DNA of 64,000 nucleotides from the NCBI GenBank assembly GCA_964016885.1, contig OZ024753.1, forward strand, positions 24,118,001 to 24,182,000, in the 5' to 3' direction. Numbering within the stretch: position 1 is the stretch's first letter; every line of letters begins with the position of its first letter. The notes beneath the pieces were generated by a model. That model saw only the letters and a program-made list of their open reading frames with translations. It was not told the origin of the DNA and made no database searches. The translations under genes and the position numbers were made by a program. The DNA is from Eledone cirrhosa. Lineage: Eukaryota. Positions 13,801 to 27,600 of this stretch are shown here, one piece after another.

Positions 13801-16800
13801 TGTATTGTAATGTCTGTTGTTATGTCTGTGTTGTGCGTATTTTAATGTCTGTTGTTATGTCTGTGTTGTACTGTGTGTATTGTAATGTCTCTTTTTATGT
13901 CTCTGTTCTGTTGTGTTTTTTGTAATGTCTGTTGTTAGGACTGTATCGTGTGTATTGTAATGACGGTTGTTATGTTTGTGTTGTGTTGTGTGTTTTGTAA
14001 TGTCTGTTGTTATGTCTCCGTTGTGCATATTTTAATGCCTGTTGTTATGTCTATGATGTGTGTACTTTAATGTATGTCTTTGTGTCTGTGTTGTTTTGTA
14101 TGTATTTTAATGTATATTGTTTTGTCTGTATTGTGTTGTGTATTGTAATGTCTGTTGTTATGTTTGTATTATGTTGTATGTACTGTAGTGTATGTTGTTA
14201 TGTCTGTGTTGTGTTTATTGTAATGTCTGTTGTTATATCTGTGTTGTGTGTATTGTAATGTCTGTTGTTATGTCTGTGTTGTGTTGTGTGTATTGTAATG
14301 TCTGTTGTTATGTCTGTGTTGTGTTGTGTGTATTGTATTGCCTGGTGTTATGTCCGTGTTGTGTCTATTGTAATGTCTGTTGTTATGTCTCTGTTGTGTA
14401 GTGTGTATTGAAATGTCTGTTGTTATGTCTGTGGTGTGTGTATTGTAATGTCTGTGGTTATGTAAGTGTTGTGTTTTGTATGTTGTAATGTCTGTTGTTA
14501 TATCTGTGTTATGTGTATTTTAATGCCTCTTGTTATGTCTGTGTTGTGTTGTATGTATTGCAATTTCTGTTGTCATGTCTCTGTTGTGATGTGTGCATTT
14601 TAATGTCTGTTGTTATGTCTGTGTTTTATGTATTGTAATGTCTGTTGTTATGTCTGTGTTGTATATATTGTAATGGGTGTTGTTATATCTGTGTTGTGTG
14701 TATTATAATGTCTGTTGTTATGTATGGGTTGTGTGTATTATAATGTCCGTGTTATGTGTGTGTTGTGTTGTAAGTACTGTAATGTCTCTTGTTATGTCTG
14801 TGTTGTGTGTATTGTAATGTTTGTTGTTATGAATGTATCGTGTGTATTGTAATGACGGTTTTTATGTTTGTGTTGTGTTGTGTTGTATCTATTTTAATGT
14901 ATGTTGTTATGTCTGTGTTGTGTTGTATGTAATGTAATGTCTGTTGTTGTCTGTGTTGTATGTAGTGTAATGTCTGTTGTTATGTCTGCGTTGTGTGTAT
15001 TGTAATGTCAGTTGTTGTGTGTGTGTTGTGTTGTAAGTACTGTAATGTCTGTTGTTATGTCTGTGTTGTGTTGTATGTAGTGTAATGTCTCTTGTTATGT
15101 CTGTGCTGTGTGTATTGTAATGTCTGTTGTTATGACTGTATCGTGTGTATTGTAATGACGGTTGTTATGTTTGTGTTGTGTTGTGTGTATTGTAATGTCT
15201 GCTGTTATGTCTGCGTTGTGCGTATTATAATGTATGTTGTTATGTCTATGCTGTGTGTACTTTAATGTATATCTTTATGTCTTTGTTTTGTTGTATGTAT
15301 TTTAATGTATATTGTTATGTCTGTGTTGTGTTGTGTGTATTGTAATGTATGTTGTTATGTCTGTGGTGTGTGTATTGTAATGTCTGTTGTTATGTCTTTG
15401 TTGTGTTGTGTGTATTGTAATTTCTGTTGTTATGTCTGTGTGGTGTTGTGTGTATTGTAATGTCTGTTGTTATGTCTGTATTGTGTTGTGTGTATTGTAA
15501 TTTCTGTTGTTATGTATGTGTGCTGTTGTTTGTATTGTAATGTCTGCTGTTATGTCTGTGGTGTGTTGTGTGTATTGTAATGTCTTTTGTTATGTCTGTG
15601 TTGTGTGTATTGTAACGGCTGTTGTTATGTCTGTTGTTATGTCTCTGTTATGTCTGTATTGTGTTGTATGTATTGTTATTTATGTTGTTATGTCTGTGTG
15701 GTGTTGTTTGTATTGTAAAGTCTGTTGTTAGGTCTGTGTTGTAGGTATTTTAATGTCTGTTGTTATGTCTGTGTTGTGCTGTGTGTATTGTAATGTCTCT
15801 ATTTATGTCTCTGTTCTGTTGTGTTTTTTGTAATGTATGTCGATATGTCTGTGTTTTATGTATTGTAATGTCTGTTGTTGTGTATGTGTTGTGTGTATTG
15901 TAATGTCTGTTGTCATGTCTGTGTTTTGATGTGTGTATTTTAATGTCTGTTGTTATGTCTGTGGTGTTTGTATTGTAATGTCTGTTGTTATGTCTGTGTT
16001 GTGTTGTGTGTAATTTAATTTCTATTACGTTTCTGTTGTGTTGTGTTTATTGAAATGTCCATTGTTATGTCTGTGGTGTGTGTATTGTAATGTCTGTTGT
16101 TATGTCTGTGTTGTGTTGTGTGTATTGTAATGGCTGTTGTTATGTCTGTGTTTTTTGTATGTATTGTAATGTCTGTTGTTATGTCTGTGTTGTGTTGTGT
16201 GTTTTGTAATGTCTGTTGTTATATCTGTGTTGTGTTGCGTGTATTGTAATGTCTGCTGTTATGTCTGCATTGTGCGTATTTTAATGTCTGTTGTTATGTC
16301 TATGCTGTATCTGCTTTAATGTCTGTGTTGTGTTGTATGTATTTTAATGTATATTGTTATCTCTGTGTTGTGTTGTGTGTATTGTAATGTCTGTTATATG
16401 TGTTATGTTGTATGTACTGTAATGGATGTTGTTATGTCTGTGTTGTATGTATTATAATGTCTGTTGTTATGTCTGTGTTGTGTTGTGTGTATTGTAATGT
16501 CTGTTGTTATATCTGTGTTGTGTTGTGTGTATTGTATTGTCTGGAGTTATGTCTGTGTTATGTGTATTGTAATATCTGTTGTTATGTCTGTGTTGTGTTG
16601 TGGTATCTATTGTAATCTCTGTTGTTATGTCTCTGTTGTGTTGTGTGTGTTGAAATTTATGTTGTTATGTCTGTGTTGTGTGTATTGTAATGGCGCTTAT
16701 TATGTCTGTGTTGTGTTGTATGTATTGCAAATACTGTTGTCATGTTTATGTTGTGATGTGTGTATTGTAATATCTGTTGTTATGTCTGGGTTGTGTGTAT

Positions 16801-17014
16801 TGTAATGTCTGTTGTTATGTCTGTGTTGTGTTGTATCTATTTTAATGTATGTTGTTATGTCTGGGTTGTGTTGTATGTAATGTAATGTATGTTGTTATGT
16901 CTGTGTTGTGTTGTATGTAGTGTAATGTCTCTTGTTATGTCTGTGTTGTGTGTATTGTAATGTGAGTTGTTATGTCTGTGTTGTGTTTATTGTAATGTCT
17001 GTTGTTATATCTGT

Positions 17015-20000
17015 GTTGTGTGTATTGTAATGTCTGTTGTTATGTCTGTGTTGTGTTGTGTGTATTGTAATGGCTGTTGTTATGTCTGTGTTGTGTTGTG
17101 GGTATTGTAATCTCTGTTGTTATGTCTGTGTTGTGTGTATTTTAATGTCTTTTGTTATGTATGTGTTTTGTTGTATGTATTGTAATGTTTGTTGTTATGT
17201 CTTTGTTGTGTTGTGGTATGTATTGTAATGCCTGTTGTTATGTCTCTGTTGTGTAGTGTGTATTGAAATGTCTGTTGTTATGTCTGTGGTGTGTTGTATG
17301 TATTGTAATGTATGTTGTTATGTCTGTGTGGTGTTGTTTGTATTGTAATGTCTGTTGTTATGTCTGTGTTGTGCGTATTTTAATGTCTGTTGTTATGTCT
17401 GTGTTGTGCTGTGTGTATTGTAATGTCTCTATTTATGTCTCTGTTCTGTTGTGTTTTTTGTGATGTATGTTGATATGTCTGTGTTTTATGTATTGTAATG
17501 TCTGTTGTCATGTCTGTGTTGTGATGTGTCTATTTTAATGTCTGTTGTTATGTCTGTGGTGTTTGTATTGTAATGTCTGTTGTTATATCTGTGTTGTGTT
17601 GTGTGTAATTTAAATTCTGTTATGTCTCTGTTGTGTTGTGTGTATTGAAATGTCCATTGTTATGTCTGTGTTGTGTGTATTGTAATGTGTTTTTGTGCCT
17701 GTGTTGTATTGTGTGCATTGCAATGTCTGTTGTTATGTCTATGTTGTGTTGTGTGTATTGTAATGTCTGTTGTTATGTCTGTGTTGTGTTGTGGGTATTG
17801 TTATGTCTTTTGTTATGTCTGTGTTTTATTGTATGTATTGTAATGCCTGTTGTTATGTATGTGTTGTGCTGTGGTATGTATTGCAACGTCAGTTGTTATG
17901 TCTCTGTTGTGTAGTGTGTATTGAAATGTCTGTTGTTATGTATGTGTTGTGTGTATTGTAATGTCTGTGGTTAAGTGTTGTGTTGTGTGCATTGTAATGT
18001 CTGTTGTTATGTCTATGTTGTGTTGTGTATATTGTAATGTCTGTTGTTATGACTGTGTTGTGTGTATTGTAATGACTCTTATTATGTCTGTGTTGTGGTG
18101 TATGTATTGTAATTTATGTTGTCATGTCTGTGTTGTGATGTGTGCATTGTAATGTCTGTTGTTATGTCTGTGTTGTGTGTATTGTAATGTCTGTTGTAAT
18201 GTCTGTTTTGTGTTATGTTTTTTGTAATGTATGTTGTTATGTCTGTGTATTATGTATTGTAATGTCTGTTGTTATGTCTGTGTTGTATATATTTTAATGT
18301 CTGTGGTTATGTCTGTGTTATGTTGTATGTAGTGTAATGTCTCTTGTTATATCTGTGTTGTTTGTATTGTATTGACTGGTATTATGTCGGTGTTGTGTGC
18401 ATTGTAATGTCTGTTGTTATGTCTGTGTTGTGTTGTGGTGTGTATTGTAATGTCTGTTGTTATGTCTCTGTTGTGTTGTGTGTGTTTAAATGCCTGTTGT
18501 TATGTCTGTGTTGTGTGTATTGTAATGGCTCTTGTTATGTCTGTGTTGTGTTGTATGTATTGCAATTTCTGTTGTCATGTCTATGTTGTGATGTGTGTAT
18601 TGTAATATCAGTTGTTATGTCTGGGTTGTGTGTAGTGTAATGTCTGTTGTTATGTCTGTGTTGTGTTGTATGTAGTGTAATGTCTGTTTTTATGTCTGTG
18701 TTGTGTGTATTGTAATGTCTGTTGGTATTACTGTATTGTGTGTATTGTAATGACGTTTGTTATGTCTGTGTTTTATTGTATGTATTGTAATGTCTGTTGT
18801 TATGTCTGTGTTGTGTTGTGGTATGTATTGCAATGTCTGTTGTTATGTCTCTGTTGTGTAGTGTGTATTGAAATGTCTGTTGTTATGTATGTGTTGTGTG
18901 TATTGTAATGTCTGTGGTTATGTAAGTGTTGTGTTGTGTGCATTGTAATGTATGTTGTTATGTCTATGTTGTGTTGTGTATATTGTAATGTCTGTTGTTA
19001 TGAATGTGTTGTGTGTATTGTAATGACTCTTATTATGTCTGTGTTGTGGTGTATGTATTGTAATTTATGTTGTCATGTCTGTGTTGTGATGTGTGCATTG
19101 TAATGTCTGTTGTTATGTCTGTGTTGTGTGTATTGTAATGTCTGTTGTTATGTCTGTGTTGTGTGTATTGTAATGTCTGTTGTAATGTCTGTGTTGTGTC
19201 GTGTTTTTTGTAATGTATGTTGTTATGTCTGTGTTTTATGTATTGTAATGTCTGTTGTTATGTCTGTGTTGTATGTGTTTTAATGTCTGTTGTTATGTCT
19301 GTGTTATGTTGTATATAGTGTAATGTCTCTTGTTATATCTGTGTTGTTTGTATTGTATTGACTGGTATTATGTCGGTGTTGTGTGCATTGTAATGTCTGT
19401 TGTTATGTCTGTGTTGTGTTGTGGTGTGTATCGTAATATCTAATGATATGTCTCTGTTGTGTTGTGTGTGTTGAACTGCCTGTTGTTATGTCTGTGTTGT
19501 GTGTATTGTAATGGCTCTTGTTATGTCTGTGTTGTGTTGTATGTATTGCAATTTCTGTTGTCATGTCTATGTTGTGATGTGTGTATTGTAATATCAGTTG
19601 TTATGTCTGGGTTGTGTGTAGTGTAATGTCTGTTGTTATGTCTGTGTTGTGTTTTGTTTTTTGTAATGTATGTTGTTATGTCTTTGTTGTATGTATTGTA
19701 ATGTCTGTTGTTATATCAGTGTTGTGTTGTATCTATTTTGACGTATGTTGTTATGTCTGTGTTGTGTTGTATGTAATGTAATGTCTGTTGTTATGTCTGT
19801 GTTGTTTAGTGTGTATTGAAATGTCTGTTGTTATGCTGTGTTGTGTGTATTTTAATGTCTGCTGTTATGTCTGTGTTGTGTGTATTGTAATGTCTGTTGT
19901 TAAGTCTGTGTTTTGTTGTATGTATTGTAATGCCTGTTGTTATGTCTGTGTTGTGTTGTGGTGCGTATTGTAGTGTCTGTTGTTATGTCTCTGTTGTGAT

Positions 20001-23000
20001 GTGTGTATCGTAATGTTTTTTATTATGTCTGGTGTGTGTGTATTGTAATGTCTGTTGTTATGTGTGTTGTGTGTTGTTTTTTGTAATGTATGTTGTTATG
20101 TCTGTGTTGTATGTATTATAATGTCTGTTGTTATATCTGTGTTGTGTGTATTGTAATGTCTGTGTTTATGACTGTATCGTGTGTATTGTAATGATGGTTG
20201 TTATGTTTGTGTTGTATTGTGAGTATTGTAATGTCTGCTGTTATGTCTGCGTAGTGCGTATTTTAATGTCTGTTGTTATGTCTATGGTGTGCGTACTTTA
20301 ATGTATGTCGTTATATCTGTGTTGTATGTATTTTAATGTATATTGTTATGTCTGTGTTGTGTGTATTGTAATGTCTGTTGTTATGTCTGTATTGTGTTGT
20401 GTATATTGTAATGTATTTTGTTATGTCTTTGTTGTGTTGTGTGTATTGTAATGTCTGTTGTTATATGTGTTTTTTGTGTGTATTGTATTGTCTGGTGTTA
20501 TGTCTGTGTTGTGTTGTGTGTATTGTGTGGTGGTGTTATGTCTGTGTTGTGTGTATTGTAATGTCTGTTGTGATGTCTGTGTTTTGTTGTATGTATTGTA
20601 ATGTCTGTTGTTATGTCTGTGTTGTGTTGTGGTATGTATTGTAATGTCTGTTGTTATGTCTCTATTGTGTAGTGTGTATTGAAATGTCTGTTGTTATGTC
20701 TGTATTGTGTGTATTGTAATGTCTGTGGTTATGTATGTGTTGTGTTGTGTGCATTGTAATATCTGTTGTTATGTCTAAATTGTGTTGTGTATATTGTAAT
20801 GTCTGTTGTTATGTCTGGGTTGTGTGTATTGTAATGTCTGTTGTTATGTCTGTGTTGTGTTGTGTGTATTGTAATGGCTGTTGTTATGTCTGTGTTGTGT
20901 TGTGGGTATTGTAATCTCTGTTGTTATGTCTGTGTTGTGTGTATTTTAATGTCTTTTGTTATGTATGTGTTTTGTTGTATGTATTGTAATGTTTGTTGTT
21001 ATGTCTTTGTTGTGTTGTGGTATGTATTGTAATGCCTGTTGTTATGTCTCTGTTGTGTAGTGTGTATTGAAATGTCTGTTGTTATGTCTGTGGTGTGTTG
21101 TATGTATTGTAATGTATGTTGTTATGTCTGTGTGGTGTTGTTTGTATTGTAATGTCTGTTGTTATGTCTGTGTTGTGCGTATTTTAATGTCTGTTGTTAT
21201 GTCTGTGTTGTGCTGTGTGTATTGTAATGTCTCTATTTATGTCTCTGTTCTGTTGTGTTTTTTGTGATGTATGTTGATATGTCTGTGTTTTATGTATTGT
21301 AATGTCTGTTGTCATGTCTGTGTTGTGATGTGTCTATTTTAATGTCTGTTGTTATGTCTGTGGTGTTTGTATTGTAATGTCTGTTGTTATATCTGTGTTG
21401 TGTTGTGTGTAATTTAAATTCTGTTATGTCTCTGTTGTGTTGTGTGTATTGAAATGTCCATTGTTATGTCTGTGTTGTGTGTATTGTAATGTGTTTTTGT
21501 GCCTGTGTTGTATTGTGTGCATTGCAATGTCTGTTGTTATGTCTATGTTGTGTTGTGTGTATTGTAATGTCTGTTGTTATGTCTGTGTTGTGTTGTGGGT
21601 ATTGTTATGTCTTTTGTTATGTCTGTGTTTTATTGTATGTATTGTAATGCCTGTTGTTATGTATGTGTTGTGCTGTGGTATGTATTGCAACGTCAGTTGT
21701 TATGTCTCTGTTGTGTAGTGTGTATTGAAATGTCTGTTGTTATGTATGTGTTGTGTGTATTGTAATGTCTGTGGTTAAGTGTTGTGTTGTGTGCATTGTA
21801 ATGTCTGTTGTTATGTCTATGTTGTGTTGTGTATATTGTAATGTCTGTTGTTATGACTGTGTTGTGTGTATTGTAATGACTCTTATTATGTCTGTGTTGT
21901 GGTGTATGTATTGTAATTTATGTTGTCATGTCTGTGTTGTGATGTGTGCATTGTAATGTCTGTTGTTATGTCTGTGTTGTGTGTATTGTAATGTCTGTTG
22001 TAATGTCTGTTTTGTGTTATGTTTTTTGTAATGTATGTTGTTATGTCTGTGTATTATGTATTGTAATGTCTGTTGTTATGTCTGTGTTGTATATATTTTA
22101 ATGTCTGTGGTTATGTCTGTGTTATGTTGTATGTAGTGTAATGTCTCTTGTTATATCTGTGTTGTTTGTATTGTATTGACTGGTATTATGTCGGTGTTGT
22201 GTGCATTGTAATGTCTGTTGTTATGTCTGTGTTGTGTTGTGGTGTGTATTGTAATGTCTGTTGTTATGTCTCTGTTGTGTTGTGTGTGTTTAAATGCCTG
22301 TTGTTATGTCTGTGTTGTGTGTATTGTAATGGCTCTTGTTATGTCTGTGTTGTGTTGTATGTATTGCAATTTCTGTTGTCATGTCTATGTTGTGATGTGT
22401 GTATTGTAATATCAGTTGTTATGTCTGGGTTGTGTGTAGTGTAATGTCTGTTGTTATGTCTGTGTTGTGTTGTATGTAGTGTAATGTCTGTTTTTATGTC
22501 TGTGTTGTGTGTATTGTAATGTCTGTTGGTATTACTGTATTGTGTGTATTGTAATGACGTTTGTTATGTCTGTGTTTTATTGTATGTATTGTAATGTCTG
22601 TTGTTATGTCTGTGTTGTGTTGTGGTATGTATTGCAATGTCTGTTGTTATGTCTCTGTTGTGTAGTGTGTATTGAAATGTCTGTTGTTATGTATGTGTTG
22701 TGTGTATTGTAATGTCTGTGGTTATGTAAGTGTTGTGTTGTGTGCATTGTAATGTATGTTGTTATGTCTATGTTGTGTTGTGTATATTGTAATGTCTGTT
22801 GTTATGAATGTGTTGTGTGTATTGTAATGACTCTTATTATGTCTGTGTTGTGGTGTATGTATTGTAATTTATGTTGTCATGTCTGTGTTGTGATGTGTGC
22901 ATTGTAATGTCTGTTGTTATGTCTGTGTTGTGTGTATTGTAATGTCTGTTGTTATGTCTGTGTTGTGTGTATTGTAATGTCTGTTGTAATGTCTGTGTTG

Positions 23001-24621
23001 TGTCGTGTTTTTTGTAATGTATGTTGTTATGTCTGTGTTTTATGTATTGTAATGTCTGTTGTTATGTCTGTGTTGTATGTGTTTTAATGTCTGTTGTTAT
23101 GTCTGTGTTATGTTGTATATAGTGTAATGTCTCTTGTTATATCTGTGTTGTTTGTATTGTATTGACTGGTATTATGTCGGTGTTGTGTGCATTGTAATGT
23201 CTGTTGTTATGTCTGTGTTGTGTTGTGGTGTGTATCGTAATATCTAATGATATGTCTCTGTTGTGTTGTGTGTGTTGAACTGCCTGTTGTTATGTCTGTG
23301 TTGTGTGTATTGTAATGGCTCTTGTTATGTCTGTGTTGTGTTGTATGTATTGCAATTTCTGTTGTCATGTCTATGTTGTGATGTGTGTATTGTAATATCA
23401 GTTGTTATGTCTGGGTTGTGTGTAGTGTAATGTCTGTTGTTATGTCTGTGTTGTGTTTTGTTTTTTGTAATGTATGTTGTTATGTCTTTGTTGTATGTAT
23501 TGTAATGTCTGTTGTTATATCAGTGTTGTGTTGTATCTATTTTGACGTATGTTGTTATGTCTGTGTTGTGTTGTATGTAATGTAATGTCTGTTGTTATGT
23601 CTGTGTTGTTTAGTGTGTATTGAAATGTCTGTTGTTATGCTGTGTTGTGTGTATTTTAATGTCTGCTGTTATGTCTGTGTTGTGTGTATTGTAATGTCTG
23701 TTGTTAAGTCTGTGTTTTGTTGTATGTATTGTAATGCCTGTTGTTATGTCTGTGTTGTGTTGTGGTGCGTATTGTAGTGTCTGTTGTTATGTCTCTGTTG
23801 TGATGTGTGTATCGTAATGTTTTTTATTATGTCTGGTGTGTGTGTATTGTAATGTCTGTTGTTATGTGTGTTGTGTGTTGTTTTTTGTAATGTATGTTGT
23901 TATGTCTGTGTTGTATGTATTATAATGTCTGTTGTTATATCTGTGTTGTGTGTATTGTAATGTCTGTGTTTATGACTGTATCGTGTGTATTGTAATGATG
24001 GTTGTTATGTTTGTGTTGTATTGTGAGTATTGTAATGTCTGCTGTTATGTCTGCGTAGTGCGTATTTTAATGTCTGTTGTTATGTCTATGGTGTGCGTAC
24101 TTTAATGTATGTCGTTATATCTGTGTTGTATGTATTTTAATGTATATTGTTATGTCTGTGTTGTGTGTATTGTAATGTCTGTTGTTATGTCTGTATTGTG
24201 TTGTGTATATTGTAATGTATTTTGTTATGTCTTTGTTGTGTTGTGTGTATTGTAATGTCTGTTGTTATATGTGTTTTTTGTGTGTATTGTATTGTCTGGT
24301 GTTATGTCTGTGTTGTGTTGTGTGTATTGTGTGGTGGTGTTATGTCTGTGTTGTGTGTATTGTAATGTCTGTTGTGATGTCTGTGTTTTGTTGTATGTAT
24401 TGTAATGTCTGTTGTTATGTCTGTGTTGTGTTGTGGTATGTATTGTAATGTCTGTTGTTATGTCTCTATTGTGTAGTGTGTATTGAAATGTCTGTTGTTA
24501 TGTCTGTATTGTGTGTATTGTAATGTCTGTGGTTATGTATGTGTTGTGTTGTGTGCATTGTAATATCTGTTGTTATGTCTAAATTGTGTTGTGTATATTG
24601 TAATGTCTGTTGTTATGTCTG
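17015..24621. repeat. Near-perfect tandem duplication of a 3804-bp satellite block (17015-20817 / 20819-24621)
   Basis: ORF-track peptides recur identically at a constant +3804 offset (17037/20841, 17263/21067, 17633/21437, 18344/22148, 18705/22509, 19581/23385, 20378/24182). Rare variants such as TTGCAACGTCAG, TATCGTAATATCTAATGATATG and TTTTGACGTATG occur in both copies. Confidence 0.95.
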
Positions 24622-27600
24622 TGTTGTGTGTATTGTAATGACTCTTGTTGTCTGTGTTGTATTTTATGTATTGTAGTTTCTGTTGTCATGTCTGTGTTTT
24701 GATGTGTGTATTGTAATGTCTGTTGTTATGTCTGCGTTGTGTGTATTGTAATGTAAGTTGTAATGTCTGTGTAGTGTTGTGTTTTTTGTAATGTATGTTG
24801 TTATGTCTGTGTTGTGTTGTATGTACTGTAATGTCTGTGGTTATGTCTCTGCTGTGTCGTATGTAGTGTAATCTATGTTGTTATGTCTGTGTTGTGTGTA
24901 TTGTAATGTCTGTGTTTATGACTGTATCGTGTGTATTGTAATGATGGTTGTTATGTTTGTGTTGTATTGTGAGTATTGTAATGTCTGCTGTTATGTCTGC
25001 GTAGTGCGTATTTTAATGTCTGTTGTTATGTCTATGCTGTGCGTACTTTGATGTATGTCGTTATATCTGTGTTGTATGTATTTTAATGTATATTGTTATG
25101 TCTGTGTTGTGTGCATTGCAATGTCTGTTGTTATGTTTGTGTTATGTTGTATGTACTGTAATGTAACTTGTTATGTCTGTGTTGAGTGTATTGTAATGTC
25201 TGTTGTTATGTCTGTGTTGTGTTGTGTATATTGTAATGTATTTTGTTATGTCTTTGTTGTGTTGTGTGTATTGTAATGTCTGTTGTTATATGTGTTTTTT
25301 GTGTGTATTGTATTGTCTGGTGTTATGTCTGTGTTGTGTTGTGTGTATTGTCTGGTGGTGTTATGTCTGTGTTGTGTGTATTGTAATGTCTGTTGTTATG
25401 TCTGTGTTTTGTTGTATGTATTGTAATGTCTGTTGTCATGTCTCTATTGTGTAGTGTGTATTGAAATGTCTGTTGTTATGTCTGTGTTGTGTGTATTGTA
25501 ATGTCTGTGGTTATGTAAGTGTTGTGTTGTGTGCATTGTAATATCTGTTGTTATGTCTAATTTGTGTTGTGTATATTGTAATGTCTGTTGTTATGTCTGT
25601 GTTGTGTGTATTGTAATGGCTCTTGTTATGTCTGTGTTGTGTTGTATGTATTGCAATTTCTGTTGTCATGTCTATGTTGTGATGTGTGTATTGTAATATC
25701 TATTGTTATATCTGAGTTGTGTGTATTGTAATGTATGTTGTTATGTCTGTGTTGTGTGTATTGTAATGTCAGTCGTTATGTCTCTGTTGTGTTGTATGTA
25801 GTGTAATGTCTGTTATTATGTCTGTTGTTATGTCTGTGTTGTATGTATTGTAATGTCTGTTGTTATATATGTGTTGTGTTGTGTGTATTGCATTGTCAGG
25901 TGTTATGTCTGTGATATGTGTATTGTAATTTTTGTTGTTATGTCCGTGTTGTGTTGTGGTATGTATTGTAGTGTCTGTTGTTATGCCTCTGTTGTATAGT
26001 GTGTATTGTAATGTATGTTGTTATGTCTGTGTTGTGTGTATTGTAATGTCTGCTGTTAGGTCTGTGTTGTGTGTATTGTAATGTCTGTTGTTATGTCTGT
26101 GTTGTGGTGTGTATTGTAATGTCTGTTGTTATGTTTCTGTTGAGTTGTGTGTGTTGAAATGTCTGTTGTTATGTCTGTGTTGTGTGTATTGTAATGGCTC
26201 TTGTAATGTCTGTGTTGTGTTGTATGTATTGCAATTTCTGTTCTCATGTCTATGTTGTGATGTATGTATTGTAATGTCTTTTGTTATGGCTGGGGTGTGT
26301 GTATTGTAATGTCTGTTGTTATGTCTCTGTTGTGTAGTGTGTATTGAAATGTCTGTTGTTATGTCTGAGTTGTGTGTATTGTAATGTCTGCTGTTATGTC
26401 TGTGTTGTACGTATTGTAATGTCTGTTGTTATGTCTGTGTTGTATGTATTGTAATGACTGATGTTATGTCTGTGTTGTGTTGTATGTAGTGTAATGTCTC
26501 TTGTTATATGTGTTGTTTGTATTGTATTGACTGGTATTATGTCGGTGTTGTGTGCATTGTAATAACTGTTGTTATGTCTGTGTTGTGTTGTGGTGTGTAT
26601 TGTAATGTCTGTTGATATGTCTCTGTTGTGTTGTGTGTGTTAAAATGTATGTTGTTATGTCTCTGTTGCGTTGTATGTGTTGAAATGTATGTTGTTATGT
26701 CTGTGTTGTGTGTATTGTAATGGCTCTTGTTATGTCTGTGTTGCGTTGTATGTATTGCAATTTCTGTTGTCATGTCTATGTTGTGATGTGTGTATTGTAA
26801 TATCTGTTGTTATGTCTGGGTTATGTGTATTGTAATGTCTGTTGTTATGTCTGTGTTGTGTTGTATCTATTTTAATGTATGTTGTTATGTCTGTGTTGTG
26901 TTCTATGTAATGTAATGTCTGTTGTTATGTTTGTGTTGAGTTGTATGTAGTGCAATGTCTCTTGTTATGTCTGTGTTGTGTGTATTGTAATGTCAGTTGT
27001 TATGTCTGTGTTGTGTTGTATGTACTGCAATGTCTGTTGTTATGTCTATGCTGTGTGTACTTTAATGTATGTCGTTATGTCTGTGTTGTTTTGTATGTAT
27101 TTTAATGTATATTGTTATATCTGTGTTTTGTTGTGTGTATTGTAATGTCTGTTGTTATGTTTGTGTTATGTTGTATGTACTGTAATGTTTGTTGTTATGT
27201 CTGTGTTGTATGTATTGTAATGTCTGTTGTTATGTCTGTGTTGTATTGTGTGTATTGTAATGTCTGTTGTTATATCTGTGTTTTGTTGTATGTATAGTAT
27301 TGTCTGGTGTTATGTCTGTGTTATGAGTATTGTAATGTCTGTTGTTATGTCCGTGTTGTGTTGTGGTATGTATTGTAATGTCTGTTGTTATGTCTCTGTT
27401 GTGTAGTGTGTATTGAAATGTCTGTTGTTATGTCTGTGTTATGTGTATTGTAATGTCTGCTGTTATGTCTGTGTTGTGTTTTGTTTTTTGTAATATATGT
27501 TGTTAGGACGGAGTTGTATGTATTGTAATGTCTGTTGTTATATCTGTGTTGTGTTGTATCTATTTTAATGTATATGGTTATGTCTGTGTTGTGTTGTATG

